A stretch of 64,000 nt of DNA from the human T2T-CHM13v2.0 reference genome, Homo sapiens, in assembly GCF_009914755.1 (NCBI RefSeq), contig NC_060926.1. One strand, written 5' to 3'. This document shows, one piece after another, positions 42,913 to 58,036 of this stretch. The position numbers and the translations under genes were made by a program. The notes under the pieces were generated by a model that worked only from the letters and a program-made list of their open reading frames with translations, had not been told where the DNA came from and made no database searches. Position 1 is the stretch's first letter. Every line of letters begins with the position of its first letter.

Positions 42913-44223
42913 AAGTTTTCAATTAAAAAACTTTAAAAAATTAAAATAATGGTAACTAGATAGCCAAAATATTCTTAAATTCAAGGAAGAATTATTCTAA
43001 TTATATGAAAGAAGGAAAACAAATAAAATTAGAAGTATTTGTCTGTTAACTACATATTTAGTGATTACTAGGCAACTGAAAAGTTGCATATGCCTAAAGC
43101 GTCTTCTTAATATCTTTCTTGGGGCATTCTATACAGTTTGAACTGAAAGATCTCAACTTTATAGTCTCACAAAAATTATATAAATTAAAATAGTCAAGAA
43201 GATTCCTTCTAAATATAAAAAGTTTTGTTTGTTTTTTTTTCCTCCTGGGTGGAAAAAAAAATGATATTCTGTACACGACTTTGAAGTGCTGAAATTAAGT
43301 AATAACCACTTCTCGCCCAGGAAGATTTTCTAAGATCTTTGTAAGAGTGTTCTGTCTGTATTGGTCCACTTAAGAAAACTAAAAGCTTTGGTGTTCTGCT
43401 GAAAATAGCTGCTGGGATGACCATGGTGTGTCTCTTTCACACTCTCAGGGCCCTCCATACTGAGCTACCGTAGTGCCTAATGCACCATTTCCCTCCTTCT
43501 ACCCTGTACCGCAGCTCTCCTTGGATTAGGCGTACATTCTCCTTCTAGCACCCTCATCTCTTGTCCCTTTTATCTAATTCTTTCTCATTCTTAAGTTCTC
43601 ATGTTAGAATCTGTAGCCCAGTATGTCTTTTTTCCCCAGTTTGATTAGGTGTCTCTCTTTGTGCATTCTTATCACATTTAAACTACTTGCTTCACTAAGT
43701 TATAATTCATTTTTAAAACTTATTTATTTCCATAATACATCGAGCTTAAAATAGATCTTTAAGATAAATTTATAAAATAGACTACCGGACATTTCTCAGG
43801 CATACCTATCTTCATTGCTGTGTTGATTAAGCAAATAATTTTATTTTGTCTAAATTTCAACAGGGGCGTCATTTAATCCAAGGGTCCTTGTTCTTTTCAT
43901 AATATTATGCTACCTAATGAATGAATGAGTAAACAAATGAACAAATGCACAAGAAATAAGCTGTACTAAAATGTGTAATATAAACAGTCTTTCTCATATC
44001 AAAGAAAATGATTCAAAATGTAAGGGATCCCAAAATCCTTTAAATTTTTCTAAATTGTCCACCCACATGTAGAAGGCACATTACTCTCCAAATGTGTCCT
44101 GCTAGCAAGATCCCACTTTTTGTCAGGTGGCAATGGGGACAAAGAGAGTTCCTTCTTCCAAGTAGAAGGTCAGATGGTTTTAGAGTCTATCAAAAATAAA
44201 CCTACATAGAAAAAAACAAATAA

Positions 44224-44560
44224 GGCTGAGCACAGTGGCTCATGCCTGTAATCCCAGCACTTTGGGAGTCCTAGGTGAGTAGATAGGCAGGCGGATTGCT
44301 TGAGCCCAGGAGTTGGAGACCAGCCTGGGCAATGTGACAAAATGCCATCTCTACAAAATACAAAAAATAAATAAATAAATAAATAGTCGGGCATAGTGAT
44401 CAATGCCTGTAGTCCCAGCTGCTCAGGAGGCTGAGATAGGAGAAAGGCTTGAGCTGGAGGAGGTTAAGGCTGCAGTGAGCTGTGATTTCACCACTGCACA
44501 CCAGCGTGGGCAACAATGGGACCCTATCTCAAAAATAAATAAATAAATAGATAAAAATAA
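44224..44560 (+). mobile_element. AluJ
   Basis: gcttgagcccaggagtt, gaggttaaggctgcagtgagctgtgatt, (AAAT)n linker and tail. Confidence 0.88.
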
Positions 44561-46059
44561 GCCAAAGACCTAATGAATCTCCTTTACTATCTGCAATAAG
44601 GACAATTTCTAAGAATGTGTTATTACCTGTCTCTTTTATTGTTTTTTATTTTAAGCTTTCTACTGTTTTCCAACAGTGTTACCACTGTTTTCTAGAATAT
44701 AACCTGGTTTGTTCACTGTTTTCCAAATGGAGACCCTATAGCGTATAGTTCTGAGTCTGTAAGTTAATAGTAAAATCAGTGATGAAATAATCTTAGCTCA
44801 TAGATGACCTTGGAATATGAAGGTATAGAAAGGGTATGTTGTTAGAGTTTTTATTTTTATTTTTATTTGTTGCCATATCAATCCTGCTAGGTATTGCGTG
44901 GTACCCTGCATTCTTTAAAAATGCAGAGCCTCACAATCAACTTTAGATTCTAGCCAATAAAGTCCTCAAATCCCTTCATTTCCAATAAAAAACTTCCTAT
45001 TTAAAAAATAGCATCTGCTTTCCCATGTCACCAGTGTCATGACATAGATCCCCATGGAGAAGATCCTGTGGAGATGACACCAGGAGGTAGGAGCTGTTGT
45101 AAAAGAGCAGTAGGGAACAGGGACAGAGACAGTATTAAAAGTAGAATGCTGCTGACTTGAATCCCAATCTATGTTGGAGCAAATGATCCCCTTAGGGTAA
45201 ATCAACAGAGTAAATGTCTATTTATGCTGAATATGTGAAGAGAAAGAGGACAGGAAATTTTATTTTCTGAACTAGAAATTGACAAAGTAGAAGAATTATT
45301 ATCTATCTTCTTTCAAAAATAGCACTAGACGATTGATGCTTGATTGTGCTAATCATCCTTGATTTTTCTTGTTTTGAATTGAATTTAGAAATAACACTAA
45401 GGATGATTTGCACATTTATCTTCTTAAAGGAATTGCCCAAACTCCTTAGTCTGGCATTCAAAGGACCTTAATAATCTTGTGGCAATATATGTTTGTTTTT
45501 GACCTCTTCTTACTTTCTATGTAAACTCTTTTATTGGTCATGGTGGCTGACTTGCTGTCACGGTGCCTGACTTGCTGCTCCTTAAAGCTTTCTTCATATT
45601 ATTGCACCACCTGAATTGCTATCCTTTTCCCAGCTCATAGGAGTCCATCCATTTTTCAGGGTAGGGATGGTGGTTGGTCACTGTTATGTCTGACCCACAC
45701 TATGAGGGCTAGTATATATTTGTTGAATAGATGAATACTTGTTGGTTAGCCTTCTCTTGGAGTTCAGATTCATTAGCTACTCCTTATGTCTAGAATATTA
45801 TCGAGTGCAGTCAAAAGCATCACCATCCTATGGATCCTTTCTCTCAAGGGAATTAAGGCACAGTATTTTATTAAAGGAATATGGCCAAAGCCTCCTTATG
45901 CACTCATTTTCTACTTAATAGTCTTTTTGTGATACAGATCTTCAGAAAGATATCCTAGTCTATTCAAAAAGTGGATGAGAAGAGCTATACTGAGTTAGAG
46001 AATTTTCTAATTGATGAGAAGGCCAGTTTACCTTGGGCTACTAAGATTCTTTGTATCAG

Positions 46060-46280
46060 GGGACCCTATGATAGAGCATTGACTTTGGAATCAGACAGAC
46101 CTGATGTGTGCTGTGCTACCTTCCAGGTATGTGACCCTGGTGAGTGACTCAATGGCTCTGAGTCTCATTTTGCCATCTTTGAGACATAGTTGCTATGAGT
46201 ATTCTGGAAATAATGTTAGTAAAATTGTTTAGCACATTATCTAGCACATAATAGGTGTTCAATAAATGTCTGTGGCTCCT
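46060..46280 (+). mobile_element. MIR
   Basis: agagcattgactttggaatcagacagacctg...tgtgaccctggtgagtgactc...tagcacataataggtgttcaataaatg. Confidence 0.75.
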
Positions 46281-46334
46281 GTTTTCTAGGGACACAGAGT
46301 AAAATGTCTGTTTTAAACATTGTGTTATGGTTAC

Positions 46335-46730
46335 TGTATCAGTCTATTTCATACTGCCATAAAGAACTGCCTGAGACTGGGAAATTACTGGGTAATTTAT
46401 AAAGAAAAGAGATTTAATTGACTCACGGTTTAGCATGTCTGGGGAGGCCTCAGGAAATTTAAAATCATGGTGAAAGTTGAAGGGGAAGCAAGGTATCTCT
46501 TCTTCACAGGGCAGCAGGAAGGAGAAGTGCCAAGTGAAGGGGGAAGAGCCCCATATAAATCCATTAAATCTTGTGAGAACTCACTATCACGCAAATGGCA
46601 CTGGGGAAACTGCCCCAATGATTCAATTACCTCCTCCTAGTCTCTCCCTTGACACATGGGGATTATAAGGATTATGGGGATTACAATTCAAGATGAGATT
46701 TGGGTGGGGACACAAAGCCTAACCAGATCA
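46335..46730 (-). mobile_element. THE1D-like MaLR solo LTR
   Basis: tgtatcagtc...ataaagaactgcctgagactggg...ggggaggcctcaggaaa...gtgagaactcactatcac...caagatgagatttgggtggggacaca...atca. Confidence 0.9.
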
Positions 46731-47479
46731 GTGATGTAATGTTATAATATGTTTAATGTCTAAAATGTAAACTTTTAAAGAACGTAGAAATTCTATAATC
46801 CAACAACTGAATTCTAGACATAAGAAAGCTTAGAGAGTTGAAGTAACAGATTAATCAGTGGCAGTCTATTGTGATATGTCATATTTCATTTTATTTTATC
46901 TTTTATTATATACTTAAAAAGTACACACACACAGTTTTTGACTCAGAGTAAACCTCAATAAGACTGCACAAAAATTCTTTTTAGGAATATTTGTTTAAAG
47001 GTATCTATGGTATTTGACTTAAAGCTTAGCAGACTATTTTAGGTCTTATACTACCAAAGATGAAATGTGGATATAACTTAAAACAGGAATAAACCAGAAT
47101 AGATTCCCTAGTTGTCTATAAATATTGAAAACAGAGCTCATAGAAAAAAATTAATGGAACTACAGTGGATATTGGCCAATTTTGATTGATTCTGGTGTCT
47201 AGCGTTTTAAAAAATTTTCAGAACAACTAAAATGTAAGTGGAATGGAATTTAAAGTTTTGCCCAGTTAAAACTTCTGATAACAGAATTTTCTTACCACCT
47301 CTTAAAGGCCAAACCTTTCAGACTATGGCTAACCCAGAGAAGTTAGAAAATATGCTTTGTGACCTCATGTGACCATAAGCCATATTGCAACAGGCAATGG
47401 AAATTTCAAACCTAGCTCAGATTGGTAAAATGAGAGCAAAATCTGTATAAGTTAAAAAACTGGACAATTGTAATAACTA

Positions 47480-47690
47480 AAATAGTGCTTACAGAGTATT
47501 TTTTTCTCTGAAAAATTATTTTATTTAAGCTTCACAACAATCCCAATTAGGTAGGCATTATCATTCCCATCTTATACATGTAGAAATTTAGGCCCCAGAG
47601 CTTAAGTTGCTCAAGGTCTTATAGCTAATAGGAGATGGAACCAGTGCTTGAACCAAGGCACTCTGACTCTAGAATCTGAACTCAGCTCTT
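47480..47690 (-). mobile_element. MIR
   Basis: cttcacaacaatccc...ggtaggcattatcattcccatcttatacatgtagaaatttaggcccagag...ctgactctaga. Confidence 0.75.
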
Positions 47691-48118
47691 TTATGAAACT
47701 GAACCATGTCATAGGTCCCTTCCAATGCATGTCTCTTCTCATATCACTATAGCAATCAGCATCTCATGACAAAGGAAGGGGCATGAGTAGGAGAGACCAG
47801 AGACCAGAGTCCTGACAGCTAATGTGCTGTTTGATCCATCACAATTTGGAGAATTGTCCTGAAAGACCTCATTTTATCTTTCCATGTTACATATTTGGTG
47901 CCCATGGGCACCAAGCAGAAGTATGAAGGTAGATACAAAAAGTATTATTGGTGATTTCACCCATTTCCACTACAATAGATCATACAAACACTAAAATCAA
48001 ATAATACCACATTTTATTTGAGGGATTTGAGGGGAGGGGTATTGAAGAGAGAAAGTAGCATACATAGCATATATTAAGACAAAGTGAAGTGTTGATTTTT
48101 ACAGTGATCCTATGTAAC

Positions 48119-48669
48119 TGTTAGGCAATGCAGAATAAGAGTTACATAAGCCTTGCTGGATGGTTTGCAGATGGCCTTGGCCAACTCAGGCCTTCCTCTG
48201 TCTTCCTACTTATAGTTCTCAGAATAACTGTAGAATGAACTGGAAATATAACAACCTGAGATAAGGAGAAACTGTCAGGGACAGCCTAGGAAGCTTTGTT
48301 TCAGTCGCTCCAGAAAAAAGATGTCCTATAAGACTTTAGCTCAGCAAATCACGGTGCCCCTAGGTATAAACCCAGTGCAGTTGGCTTTCAGGATCCCTCA
48401 GCTTCAGTGCCACATGAGACATGCACAGATGAAATTCCCTGTTCCCTGGGCAGCTTTCATGAGCCTTTGGGAACTAGCTCTCCATGAATCCTAGGTTTTT
48501 GTTGTCCCTTGCTGCCTATCTGTGAGTAATAAAGCTGCTTCACCTAACTTGTGTGAGCGTTCTGTCTCACCAAACTCATGCAAGTGGATTGATGCCACTG
48601 CTTGATATTGGCAAGGTGTTTAGAGTTTTTTCCTGTGGTAGATACTAGTGGATGGTGAACTTCTTCACA
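48119..48669 (+). mobile_element. ERVL solo LTR (MER54/MER73/MER74 group)
   Basis: gttctcagaataactgtagaatg, ggtataaaccc, aatcctagg...gttgtcccttgctgcctatctgtgagtaataaa; ends gtgaacttcttcaca. Confidence 0.75.
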
Positions 48670-49504
48670 ACCAGAAGAACAAGTAATCAGATCTCTTTTG
48701 TATAACTAGGGAAGGCATAAAAGCAACCCTAATTCCAATGAAAACCCTATTTATTGTGAGAATAACATGTGTTTATTAACATTGGGAGAAAATAAGTAGG
48801 ACAAGAAAGATATGCCCAGAAAGATAAACCCCAATGAGTGAATAGGAAGGCCCCTCATAAACATTTAGTGTAGAGATTGGTAGGGGGAGTAAAGGGTTTT
48901 CACCTGTTGGGAAAAGGGATATAAGGATAAAACTGGAGACATTGAAGACATCCAACTAATGTTCTGTTAATATGGCCCCTAGAGTGGTTGTCTTAGTATT
49001 TTTCAAGGGAAGAAATCAGTTTTCAATTTCCTTAGGCACAATTCAGGACCCAGTTTGCTGAGGCCACATAGGATTATGCAATTATGAATAGTGGATTTAG
49101 AGGAAAAAGGAATAGCTCATATGCATACAAGTAGGTGAATTAAACTTGTTCCTAATGAATGGTATCCAGTAGCGTAGCTAGATAGTCCAGAATAGAGTAT
49201 CCTATGATAAATCATGTTTTGCTGGAGTTCATAAAGACAATACATAGGCAGACGGAAACGCATTCTCCTGGAACATCCTGCCTTCACTTTGAGTTATTCC
49301 CGTGTCTGTGGAGACAGGCTGTGAGCATGGAGTCAGAGCTGGGCTGTGATTTTTTATTTGTCCTTCATAATAAGCCTCTAGCAATGATTGGAAAATATTG
49401 GAAGCAGGAGGTAAAAGCCAATCAGTGTATTTAGTTGTAAATGAGATGGCTGGAGTTCAGAAAATGATGCCTACTTAGTGGTTAAAAGGAGGAGCCGCAC
49501 GTAT

Positions 49505-49735
49505 TATAGGATAGTGGTTAAGTGTCCAGTATCTGGAATAAGATTTCATAGTTCAAATTCTTACTCAGTCACTTATTATGTTAGTTACCTTAGTCAAGTT
49601 AGTCTTTTTATTTGCAAAACATGAATAATGATAGTACTTATCTCACAGGGGTGTTGTGAGAGTTACATAAGTGATTACATGTACAGTTCTCAGAACTATT
49701 CCTTGTACATCAAATATCAGCTCTTCTTATTATGT
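49505..49735 (+). mobile_element. MIR
   Basis: tagtggttaag...gttcaaattcttactcagtcactta...ataatgatagtacttatctcacaggggtgttgtgag. Confidence 0.7.
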
Positions 49736-49959
49736 AGGCTAACAAAGTCAACCATGGATGGGGGAAAGACTTTTAGTGAAAACATCTGTGAAAACACTAG
49801 GCGAGAAGGGTATCCTGAATTATTTCACTGGGAAATGACATGAATCTGGGTTCCCTTGCCAGGCTACAGAGAGATGAGCAGTCCATTCTGTCCCGAGCCT
49901 TGGGGCTAAGTCTTCTGCTATGAGTTTTACTTCTCAATGTGTTTTCCCCATTGCGGTTA

Positions 49960-50660
49960 GAGAAATATTTTTACAAAATCCAAATCGGATTATGTTACTC
50001 CTTTGGTTAAACCATCTAGTGACTCGTGATTTATTTAATAAACAAAAGCATAATATTATGTGTAAGCAGATGATTATATAATTTATCATTCACAGCAGGA
50101 CACTTTATGAGTTAGAGGGCACAATTATTACTCATACCAGGACAATAACTATAACCCAGGCCTACCACCCAAGCAAAGAGGGTCATCTGTTCATCCTATC
50201 TACAAGTCCCTGTGTGAATGTATGATCTGGTCCCTGCCTTTTTTATGCCAACCTCATTTCATATCACTTTCCTTCTTGAACCTTGGTTTCCAGCCACACT
50301 ATTTCTCTTTCAGTTTCTTTCAGTATTCTTCTTCCTGCCTTTGCATATGTTGTTTAATCCCACCCAACTTCCCCTTCGCTTGGCTAACTCCTTTGTCTGC
50401 AAATTTCTTCTCATTTCCCTTTGTTAGACTAGCTTCCCTAACTCTCACAGACTAGATAAGGTTTCAAGAAGAATGCACTCCTTACTTTGCTTATTTGTCC
50501 TTCGTATTTCATATAACAGTTTTAAATATTATGTTTGTATCCTTATTCAATCATTACTTGTTTATTCTGGCTAAGTTATGAGCTCCTATTTGCTTTGCTT
50601 ACTCTGCTTTGTACCCCAGTGTGGTATCTAGCACATGTAAGCATGCAATGTTGAATGGAA
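49960..50660 (+). mobile_element. L2 3' fragment with a MER94-like hAT element inserted at ~50067-50198
   Basis: L2: aaatccaaatcggattatgttactcc, tatgatctggtccctgcc, cctttgcatatgttgtt. MER94: atataatttatcattcacagcaggacacttt. Confidence 0.6.
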
Positions 50661-53424
50661 GCATACTATGTTTGCTTCAGTAACTAAGGTGGAGCAAAAC
50701 TGGAATGTGACTGTCATCCTTAGATTCAACTCTGCAGAGCCAGAAGCACAGAGGCAAAGTATTACTTAGAGTTAAGGTTAAAGTAGCGACTCTCCGCAGC
50801 TAAGTATGAGGTCTGGGAGTGGCAACTGCTTCTCTTATTAAAACATGGTGGCAGCTGATGGCCATGTGACAAACTATGATGGGCTAATGTCACTGTATTG
50901 TACTTGCCAATATTCACATATACTCTGTCTTCTGAGAAACTCAAACTGAATAGATTATAATAGAAAATACATTGAGTCTACAATATGCATTGTTACCTTT
51001 CTCTATTATTAAACATACTTTCCCCTGCCTTGCCATAGTATATCATTTGTCAGTTTTTCTAGTACATTTCTCTGTTGAGAAACCAGTTAGAGCTGATGAA
51101 TACTTCCCCATAGGGAAATTGCAAGTGAAATCTTTATACGGAAACTGTTGTACATTCAACTAAAATTATTTCATCTTTTAAGGAAATTGAGCCCTAAAAT
51201 TATTAGTGTTTGCTTTGTGTTGACTGCAGAGAATGCACTTTATTTAATTCTATCTTAAACGGGTTTGTTCTTTAAACTCTGATATCATTCTTGAGATGGG
51301 GGGAAAAAAAGAAACACTTCCAGTACTATTCACAGAAATCCTGTGTATTTACTAAGAAATCAAGCCAAGATAATTACTTCACTTTTTTTTTTTTTGTCAC
51401 TAAAAAAGTAAAAGTTGAATGCTAACACACAATGCTGCAAATGTAGTATTTCTAGGAAGTCTGACGGGAGTTATTTATAAAAAGATATACCTTGTCTTCT
51501 GGGAGACTATTACTTCCCTTAATTATCTTTGACTTCTCACCTATTACACCTTAAACTTCCTCAGAGGGTAGCAGTTGAATGACACGTTCTCTTTGGAAAT
51601 CACAATGTGAGTAGAACATGTGAAGGAAAAAAAAAGAAAAAAAAGCTACCACCACTCTGCTAAGGCAGCTAAGTTTTCAAATGCCAGAGGGACAGTTATG
51701 AAGCTAGAGTACTCACTGAATTAGGTCCAGCTATTTCAGAACAAAGGAAAGTGATCAGTTATGCCTGGGGACTGTGCACTTGGTCCATTTTCTTTTCTTA
51801 CAGATTTCATGTTACTGTCTCAAACAGTTACACCATTCTCAAGAGTCAACTCCCAGAATGCAGAAATCTTTTTTCAAACAGTAGCTGCCTTTTGCAGCCA
51901 GAACCTTAAAAAAAAAAAAAAAAGATTTTTTAAAAAAAAGATGTATACCTATATCTGTCTAAATCTTAAATGCCACATCTCTGCCTTGTAGGTCTTTTTC
52001 ACTGAATTCCAAGTTCTTTCTCACAATAGAATAAAATAGGCACATGACAGTATTTCCATATGTCAGAAATATAGTACTATATATAATGTTTTGTTTTTGA
52101 AATAAATTCCAGATTCTTGATACATTTAGCTAATATCAATGTTTCCATGCTAGTTTTATTTTAAGGACTAAATATAGTCTTCTAATAAACACATTTATTG
52201 GAAACATTGATGTAAATTGGAGAGGAAAATAATTCATTCTATACTTTCTATATCACTGTCCCTTATGAATACATAAATTAATCAGAATCATGATTGATTC
52301 TATAACTTTAATAATAGATGCCACCAGCACTCTCTACAATGACAACAGTATTACCCAATTCATAACTGAATGAAAAATGGACTTTCAGTGCCCATAAAAG
52401 TCTCTCGTGCATTTTCTCTTTCTTGGAAATTAGAACAATTCTATTTTTTGACATTATGTAAAATGCATAAAATCTATATATTTGTTAGTTGAAAGAAATC
52501 TGGATTTCTTTAAAATTCAACTCAAATAAATTCACATAAATCTTTTCATTTGCCTATAAGAAATCTATTCTGGGTTGAGCAATACTACAAATTTCTAAAA
52601 TTGGTGTGGTTATTTCTAACCTAAAAAGATTTTTCACAGACTATAGCGCACATTATCATTATCTTATAATTTTCATAATCATAGCTAACATCAGCATAGG
52701 CTTACTGTGTAACTAGCCTTGTTTTAAGCAGTTTACATGAGTTAACATGTTTAATTCCTCAACACCACTACAAATTGAGTTCTCTAATACTTATCTTTTA
52801 AAAGCAAGGTATATGAGACACAGAGTAAACTAATGTTCTAATATGACTCAGTTTAGATTAATGATCTAGCATTTTTAATAACTTTCCCGTTGAGAAGCTG
52901 GGAATGGTGGTGGAACCTAAAAGACTTCCAACTCTGAGGAAATTGTGGTAGAAATGGAAGCAGTATAACCTATGATTGAACTTAACCGATGTAGGTGATT
53001 GAGATTGTATTTGCAGAGACAATGCTTAAAGAAATAAAAGAAACCCAGACATAAAAACTGAAGCTTTAATGGAGATACATAAATACATAGGACCTTGGAA
53101 AACAAATGAAGTAATATAACTGCATATAATTTGTTTACATATATAAAACATAGGAAAATGGAAATACAGTGTATTCTTAAGTGTACATTTCTCTGTGTGA
53201 AATTTATTGTGTGCTTTTACTTTACATAATCTGTGGAAAGTATAGAACGTGATCCATACCCTTGAGGGATAATGAGGGGTCACTTTATACTTCAGGGAAG
53301 AGACTATAAACGCTATGAGCGTCTTATGCTTGCATGAACTTGCATGAAACTACATATTTTTCAGAGATGTTTCATAAATTATTTCACATTGTTTGTTTAA
53401 TAGCTACATAAAAATCCTTCCTTT

Positions 53425-53709
<285 letters not shown>

Positions 53710-54149
53710 TTACAGATGAGTAAACAGAGGCTGGAAGTGGCGATCTGACTCACCCAAATTGACAGTTATTAATAAATATATTAAGGAGAAGAAAATAAAG
53801 ATAATAAAAGAGGTATGAACGGGATGCTGTGTGACTATCAAAAGGTGAAGATGGAGACATTGGAGAAGCCTTCATGGAAGAGGTGATAGTTAAATTGACC
53901 ATTGCAGGATTCATTGCTATAGACAGAGAAAGAACATGAGCATTGAAATTTTAGGGAACAGTAAGAGTAGGACAGATGAGGCCAGAAACTGTCAATATAT
54001 TTGCAAAACAACAATCAGTGTAACTGCACTAAAGTTTTGGTAAAGACTAAAGAATGGGAGAAGATATAATCAGCAGAATAAAACCAGACTGTGGAGAACT
54101 TAGAATGTTTTAGAATTTAAGTTCTAATTTAACAAAAAACACTGGAAGA

Positions 54150-54452
54150 TTTTTTTTCTTTTCTTTTTCTTTCTTTCTTTTTTTATTTATTTTTGTTTTT
54201 TTAATTTTTTTGAGGAAGAGTCTTGCTCTGTCACCCAGGCTGGAGGGCAGTGGCGTGATCTCAGCTCACTGCAACCTCTGCCTACTGGATCCAAGGGATT
54301 CTTCTGCCTCAGCCTCCTGAGTAGCTGAGATTGCAGGCACGAACCACCACCTCCAGCTAATTTTTTGTATTTTTTGTAGGGATGGGGTTTCACCATGTTG
54401 GTCAGGCTGGTCTTGAACTCCTGAGCTCAAGTGATCCGCCCACCTGGGCCTC
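54150..54452 (-). mobile_element. Alu (Sz/Jb-like), 5'-truncated
   Basis: Antisense Alu with a T-rich tail; flanking ctggaaga repeat. Confidence 0.88.
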
Positions 54453-54587
54453 TGGAAGAGATTTTTCTTTAATCAGAAATATGACATGAAAATAATTTTA
54501 AATTGAGAAAATTAACCTGGGACTCTTGAATAGTATAAACTAGAAAGGAGGAAACTGGAGTCCAAGTTCATCTTCATCCAACCGAAG

Positions 54588-54760
54588 TTAGTTGCTTCTC
54601 AAATGTGAATGTTCCTATGAATCACCTGAGGATGTAGTTAAAAATGCAGATTTGAATCAGTAGGTCTCCGATGAGGGCTGAAATTCTAAATTCCTAACAA
54701 GCTCACAGCTGATGTAATGCTTTTGCTGCTGACCTGCAGGAGTGAAGTGGCAAGGAGGTA
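54588..54760. mobile_element. MER5A-type
   Basis: cttctcaaa...gaatcacctgagga...ttaaaaatgcagattt...ctaacaagctcacagctgatg. Confidence 0.7.
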
Positions 54761-55559
54761 GATCATTCCCTGTTCACGTCTCTGAAAATAGAGTGTAGAG
54801 AGCTTTCTTTTCTCTGTAGAGTGAATAGAGCCTTACACCTCCAATTCCTAAGGATGTTTCTTTGACTTGAAGCTTGAGTCTTGAAAGCTAAATTTTTTAT
54901 TAAGATCTTCACAGAAAGAGACAAAAATAATAGAGATTTAACTTACAAATCTAAGCTCAGAAGGCACTCCATGGATCAGAAGAGACTTATGTTGTGGAAT
55001 AGACACAGAGGCCTCAAGATGTCAATGCACCCCACAACTAGCAGAGGTTCATACTACCATCCCCAATTTCCTGTCCTCCCAGTAGACTGCACATGTCTCA
55101 GGGTCAACCATTATAACCTATTATTCAGGTCCTGACCCAGCCCGTTCTTCCTACCTTCTTGATTCAGCAGGCCAGGTTCACAGTAGACAACAAGATAAAA
55201 ATCATTATCATCAAAATATCATCCACACCAGCTCTCCATACATGTGACATTTTCTATCCTAGTCATTGAACCTCCGTATTTCTGATAAAGAAGGAATATA
55301 TTTCTCCTCCAAAATATGAACCTGTGATGCCACACCAAAGACATTTTCATTATCATGTTTTGTATCTTCCAGTTACAGTATTTGTCATTCTCTTTTCTTA
55401 CTCAGATATCTGTTCCTTGGATTCATCTCTCTTTTTAAACAACTTTAGATCTGTCCATACCAAACTGAAACAAGGGCAGAAACTGAAACAGAGCATTCTA
55501 AGGCCCAAAAGAAAAATTTAACAATATCCCATTGAATCTAAGAGGGTCACTATGGCACA

Positions 55560-55750
55560 CCACAATTCTTCTAAAATTTTAACATTCATAAGAATCACCT
55601 GGGATCTTTCTAATAATACAAATTGCCAGACCATACCCCAGAGATTCCAATTCACTGATATAGGAAGAGATCTAGGCATCTGTATCTTAAGCATCTCCTC
55701 AGCTTACTCTAATTCATGTGGTCTTAGGGTTTCCACTAAAAAGCACAGAT
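55560..55750. mobile_element. MER5-type
   Basis: cataagaatcacctgggatctt...accccagagattccaattca...ggcatctgtatcttaagca. Confidence 0.65.
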
Positions 55751-57281
55751 ACAGTCTAAATAATCCAGAGATGTGTGTACGTACTTGATCTCAATCACAA
55801 ATTAGCCAAGTAACATTGGACAAGGCACGTGGTCTCTTTGGGTCATAGCTTCACATCTAATTAATTTTTAAATATCGATTTCAGCTGGTTTTTTTAATTA
55901 TTGTAGAAATATCTATTAACCCAACATATATTGAATGCCAAAGGAAAGGGTTCCAAATGTAGTAGAATAAATATAATGCAAGACCAATTGGCGAATTAGG
56001 GAGTAAAGAAAAGAGAGACAAAGATGGAGGGATAAAAGAAATCTCTCTCATTCACAAGCCAAGGTTAAATTCAGCATACTGAACACTTAACGTAACTGCT
56101 TTTTGTTACTTCCTTTTGTAGAACTGAGCTATCAGGTGTTTTTCATACTATTTGATATTCTTTTTTTCCTATTTGTTCCTGGATGTAGGAGCCAGTGTGC
56201 TATAGGGGAAGAATGTTCTCATGCACAATCCGAGATCAGATTATTTGTATTGGTTAATTCCAGGTCAGGAAGAGTTAGGGTTGTTTCTTTGGGGTGACAG
56301 ATTCCTTTGGCAGAACATGTTAAATTCTGCTGCAGTAAATTATCATATGCTCTCATCAGTACGCCTTCTTCCTTGGTAACTTTCATAGTATGTAGAAGTA
56401 GCCTCTGAATTATGCTAATGAATTATTACCTCCTGCCCAGAATTGCATGCACACGTCTTCAATGCAGCTGCTTGCATGCAGTGGAAATGAGAAAATTTTA
56501 TGAAATAATTATCTTCAGAATAAGTTTGAAAATTTACGAAATTAAATGCTATTTATTCATTAACATTTGAAAAACCAGAAATATCTTTCCATCTGCCTTT
56601 GATGAAATCAGCCCTTTATTCAGTTCAATATTACCACAAATTAGTCTGCTTGCTTTCATAGCCTTTTCACACTCTCCATTTCCTTCCACTCTTAGAAGTG
56701 ATGCTCACTATAGCTTAAAGACAATGCTCTCTGCTGATGAAACAACTGCAAATTACAGATAGACAATACAGGAACATTTAATAAGCTGAATAGAAGGATT
56801 TACAATATGCATCTATGCATGGCTGTCTGAACACTTTTGCTTAGATTTCATATTTTACTTTCTATGGCTGGTCTGATGGAAGTCTTAAGAGAATACCATT
56901 TTGTAGCTTTTCGTGATTACTATTGTACTCTGTTATAAACTGTATATTCTTCATTTAGATATGCTAAACAGTTTTTTCTTTTTTAATAATGGGGAAAATC
57001 TCCTTTTATACAGTGTTCAGAATGAAAATTAATATTGTTCTCCTCTGGGTTAGTAAAATGAATTTCAATAACTTCAACTGTGGAAGAGAAAAGATGTTGA
57101 AATAAATGGATAAGATTTGGGCATAGGTTCTAAAACTGTTTAGCTGGTAATGATTTACACTGAAGGTACTTTTATTATCAAAGAAATTGGTGAGATCAAG
57201 TAAGTTTAGTTACTTCTACTAATTTTGTTATATTAAAATGGGAATTGCTCACATAACGGTGGAATTTATTCTTACATATTA

Positions 57282-57689
<408 letters not shown>

Positions 57690-57996
57690 TCAATATTTTA
57701 GCAACATATTCAGCTAAATGTAAGACTCTTAAGCAATCATAATAGTTGGTAGTTTTCCATCTTAACAAAAGATTAGTTCTGAAAAAGTCATTAGATATCC
57801 TTGAACTATGTAGTTATTCTGTCCAAGACTTTGAACATGCACTGTTATAGAAGTCATTCTCATTCTGTTAGGCATGTCTACCAGATACCCTTATTTTCAT
57901 GAGCATTATCATATAACGTGTGTAATATGTATGTGTAATGACCAATAAAAATGAATGTCTTATAATCTCCAAGGATGTGAACCAGCAATGATATAC

Positions 57997-57999
<3 letters not shown>

Positions 58000-58032
<33 letters not shown>
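58000..58032. repeat. (TG)n microsatellite
   Basis: About 16 TG units. Confidence 0.95.
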
Positions 58033-58036
<4 letters not shown>

